Positions 37,098 to 39,301 of a DNA stretch of 39,301 bases are shown piece after piece. The position numbers and the translations under genes were made by a program. Within the stretch, counting starts at the first letter, position 1. Every line of letters begins with the position of its first letter. The notes beneath the pieces are model-generated. The model saw nothing but the letters and a program-made list of their open reading frames with translations, was not told where the DNA came from and did no database searches. Where the stretch lies: positions 1 through 39,301 of the forward strand of contig RBZT01000649.1 in the NCBI GenBank assembly GCA_003693705.1, in the 5' to 3' direction. The DNA comes from Polymyxa betae A26-41 (lineage: Eukaryota; Protista; Endomyxa: Phytomyxea).

Positions 37098-39170
37098 AAG
37101 CCTCGGCAATGAATCTCACCGAGGATGATTAATGACGAACGAAGCCTCACTGGGGTACCAGTGGGGCAAGACCACTGGCCACGGACTTAACTTGCCATCA
37201 TGTCGGAAGGTGCGGGCTGCGCTTGCCAGGACTGCGCCTCGGTGGGTTGCGCCGGTCTGTATGTCCCTGACATCCTCTCCGCTGTAGAACCCCTCTAGGA
37301 CGATCGGGATTTTCTTCGTGAAAGTCTTCAATAAGCTTCAAGATCAGACCATCGCGGCATAGTTCGGAATATGGCTCCCATGAGTTATCTTCGGGGCCGT
37401 AGCCTTCCCATTGAACGAGGTATTGAAGTTGTCGGTGATGAAAGCGAGAATCCAAAATCTTGGCCACAACATAATAGGGTTGTCCTGAGTCGTCAAGAAT
37501 TAGTGGAGGAGGAGGAGTAAGCTTGCGATTAGGAAATCGGTTCTCGTGATACGGAGCCAGTAAGGAACTATGGAACACTGGATGGATTTTCATAGTGGCG
37601 GGTAATTCAAGTTCGAATGCAACGGGATTAATCTGGCGTTTGATTTTGAACGGTCCGAGTTTACAGTGATCGAGTTTCTTGCAAGGCCTTGTTGCTCGAA
37701 TGTTGGAGGATTGCAACCATACTTTATCACCAACTTGGAAAGGAGTTTCTTGGCGGTGTTTATCTGCATGGCGCTTATACTGAGTTTTTGCGAACTCAAG
37801 CTGTGAACGTAACCACTTATGGGCGGATTGGAGATCCTTTACTATAGATTCCGCTCGTGGGACGAGAGTGGAGGAGGGGGTGGTGATCTCAAACCGAGGA
37901 TGAAAGCCAAAGTTCGCCCAAAACGGTGAAAGGGTTGTTGAAGAATGCCAGGCATTGCTGTATGCAAATTCGGCGAGTGAAAGCAGTGCAACCCAGTCGT
38001 TTTGTCTATAGTTGACAAAGATGCGCAAAAACTGCTCAAGATTTTGATTAACACGCTCTGTCTGCCCATCCGATTGAGGATGGTATGACGATGATGGAGA
38101 CAAATGGATCTTCAGAAGATGACAGAGTCGTTTCCAAAACTTAGAGATGAACTGGGAGCCTCTATCGGATACAATGTCTTCAGGTAACCCATGCAACCGG
38201 AAAATATCAGATACAAAACGACGAGCGGTTGTTTCAGCATCCGGTATCGAATGGAACGCAGCGAAATGAGCCATCTTTGTGAAACGACAGACAACGACCA
38301 TAATACATGTCATTCCTTCTGAACGTGGAAGGTCTGTAATGAAATCGACAGAGATATGAGTCCATGGTCGTTCAGGTGTGGAAAACGGCGTCAAAGAACC
38401 GAAAGGCAAATGCCGTCGTGGTTTCGTTCGAGCACAAGTCTCACAGGAATCGATATAATCGGAAACGTCTTTACGAACTGAAGGCCACCAGTAATTCCGC
38501 TGAAGAAGATGAAGCGTTTTCGAACGTCCGAAATGGCCTGCGGTAACCGAATCGTGACACAGCTGAATTATTTCAAGCCGCAGAGAACCTGCTGGGACGT
38601 AAATCCGCTCTTTGTAATACAGAACTCCGTTACTATTTCGAAAGTGTGTATATGAAGCAGCTTGGTTTGTCGGAATTTCTTGACGAATCTGTCCGTCATA
38701 GAAGCCTGCTGAATTCTTTCGTAGAACTTAGTCGTTGGCGACTGAGGTGCATGAGAAATCGCAAAGTTTTCTGCTTGAAACATAGGATTAGGAACTGGAG
38801 CAGGTTGTTGATAATCTTCTCTTCGAGATAAAGCATCAGCTTTTCCATTTTTACTCCCCGGGCGATATCTGATCACGAAGTGAAAGCGACTGAAAAATTG
38901 CGACCATCTGGACTGACGAGCAGATAAAGATTTCATAGTTTGGAACTCTTTGAGCGATTGGTGGTAGGTGAGGACTTCGACAGGAAGAACAGCGCCCTCG
39001 AGATAATGTCTCCACGTCTGAAATGCCACTTTGATTGCCAAAAGTTCCTTATCACGGGTATCATAGTTTCGTTCAGCAGGTTGCAATGACCTAAAATAGA
39101 AAGCCACGGGTCTAACCTTGCCATCGGTGCCCTTCTGGGACAATATCGCACCCAAGGCAAATTCCGAGTG
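37098..39170 (-). mobile_element. Degenerate Ty3/Gypsy chromovirus LTR retrotransposon: RNase H, integrase, chromodomain, PPT and partial 3' LTR
   Basis: ALGAILSQ..AERNYDTRDKELLAI..NGKADALSR; frameshift; HHCC motif; ISVDFITDLP, IVSDRGSQF, PQSDGQTERVN, GPF, HPVFHSSLL; chromodomain KILDSR..YLVQWEGYGPEDNSWEP. Purine tract followed by TGTCA at 37272. Confidence 0.95.
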
Positions 39171-39301
39171 TGTAGTATGGTTGTCTCACATTAGAGACAA
39201 ATAGACAAACTGAGTCAATCGATGTCACTGATTGATCCAGTATATTAATCCATCGGAACGAGTCCGTGGAAAACCCTAGGGCCACTGTGAAACACACCCA
39301 A

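Overview
Eukaryotic, compact, intron-rich DNA (GT-AG introns, those traced mostly ~45-60 bp) from a flagellated protist. Short introns, radial-spoke genes and a Crinkler-type relic suggest a plasmodiophorid such as Spongospora or Polymyxa (inference only). Bases 1-3,000 hold repeats and hairpins plus a probable decayed secreted-protein gene. Bases ~3,100-27,700 are a dense block with several head-to-head gene pairs: class 3 lipase, APC11, radial spoke protein 3, a triple tropomodulin-like LRR protein, UFD2, a lipoyl-domain/KGD4(MRPS36)-like fusion, an F-box-like protein, PPIL6, a hypothetical gene, C1orf74-like, thioredoxin, aspartyl aminopeptidase, a secreted protein and a Mia40/GCK-like protein. 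Bases ~28,000-39,301 are accessory: PIF/Harbinger relics, a Crinkler REase+kinase pseudogene, an NHL-repeat pseudogene, an intact GC-rich P450 and a degenerate Ty3/Gypsy chromovirus. The best candidate for something new is the gene at 14647-15632. It joins an OGDH-E2-type lipoyl domain to a KGD4/MRPS36-type C-terminus with no acyltransferase domain, suggesting an E3BP-like lipoyl-bearing adaptor for 2-oxoglutarate dehydrogenase. All calls come from motif recognition by eye; no database searches were run.
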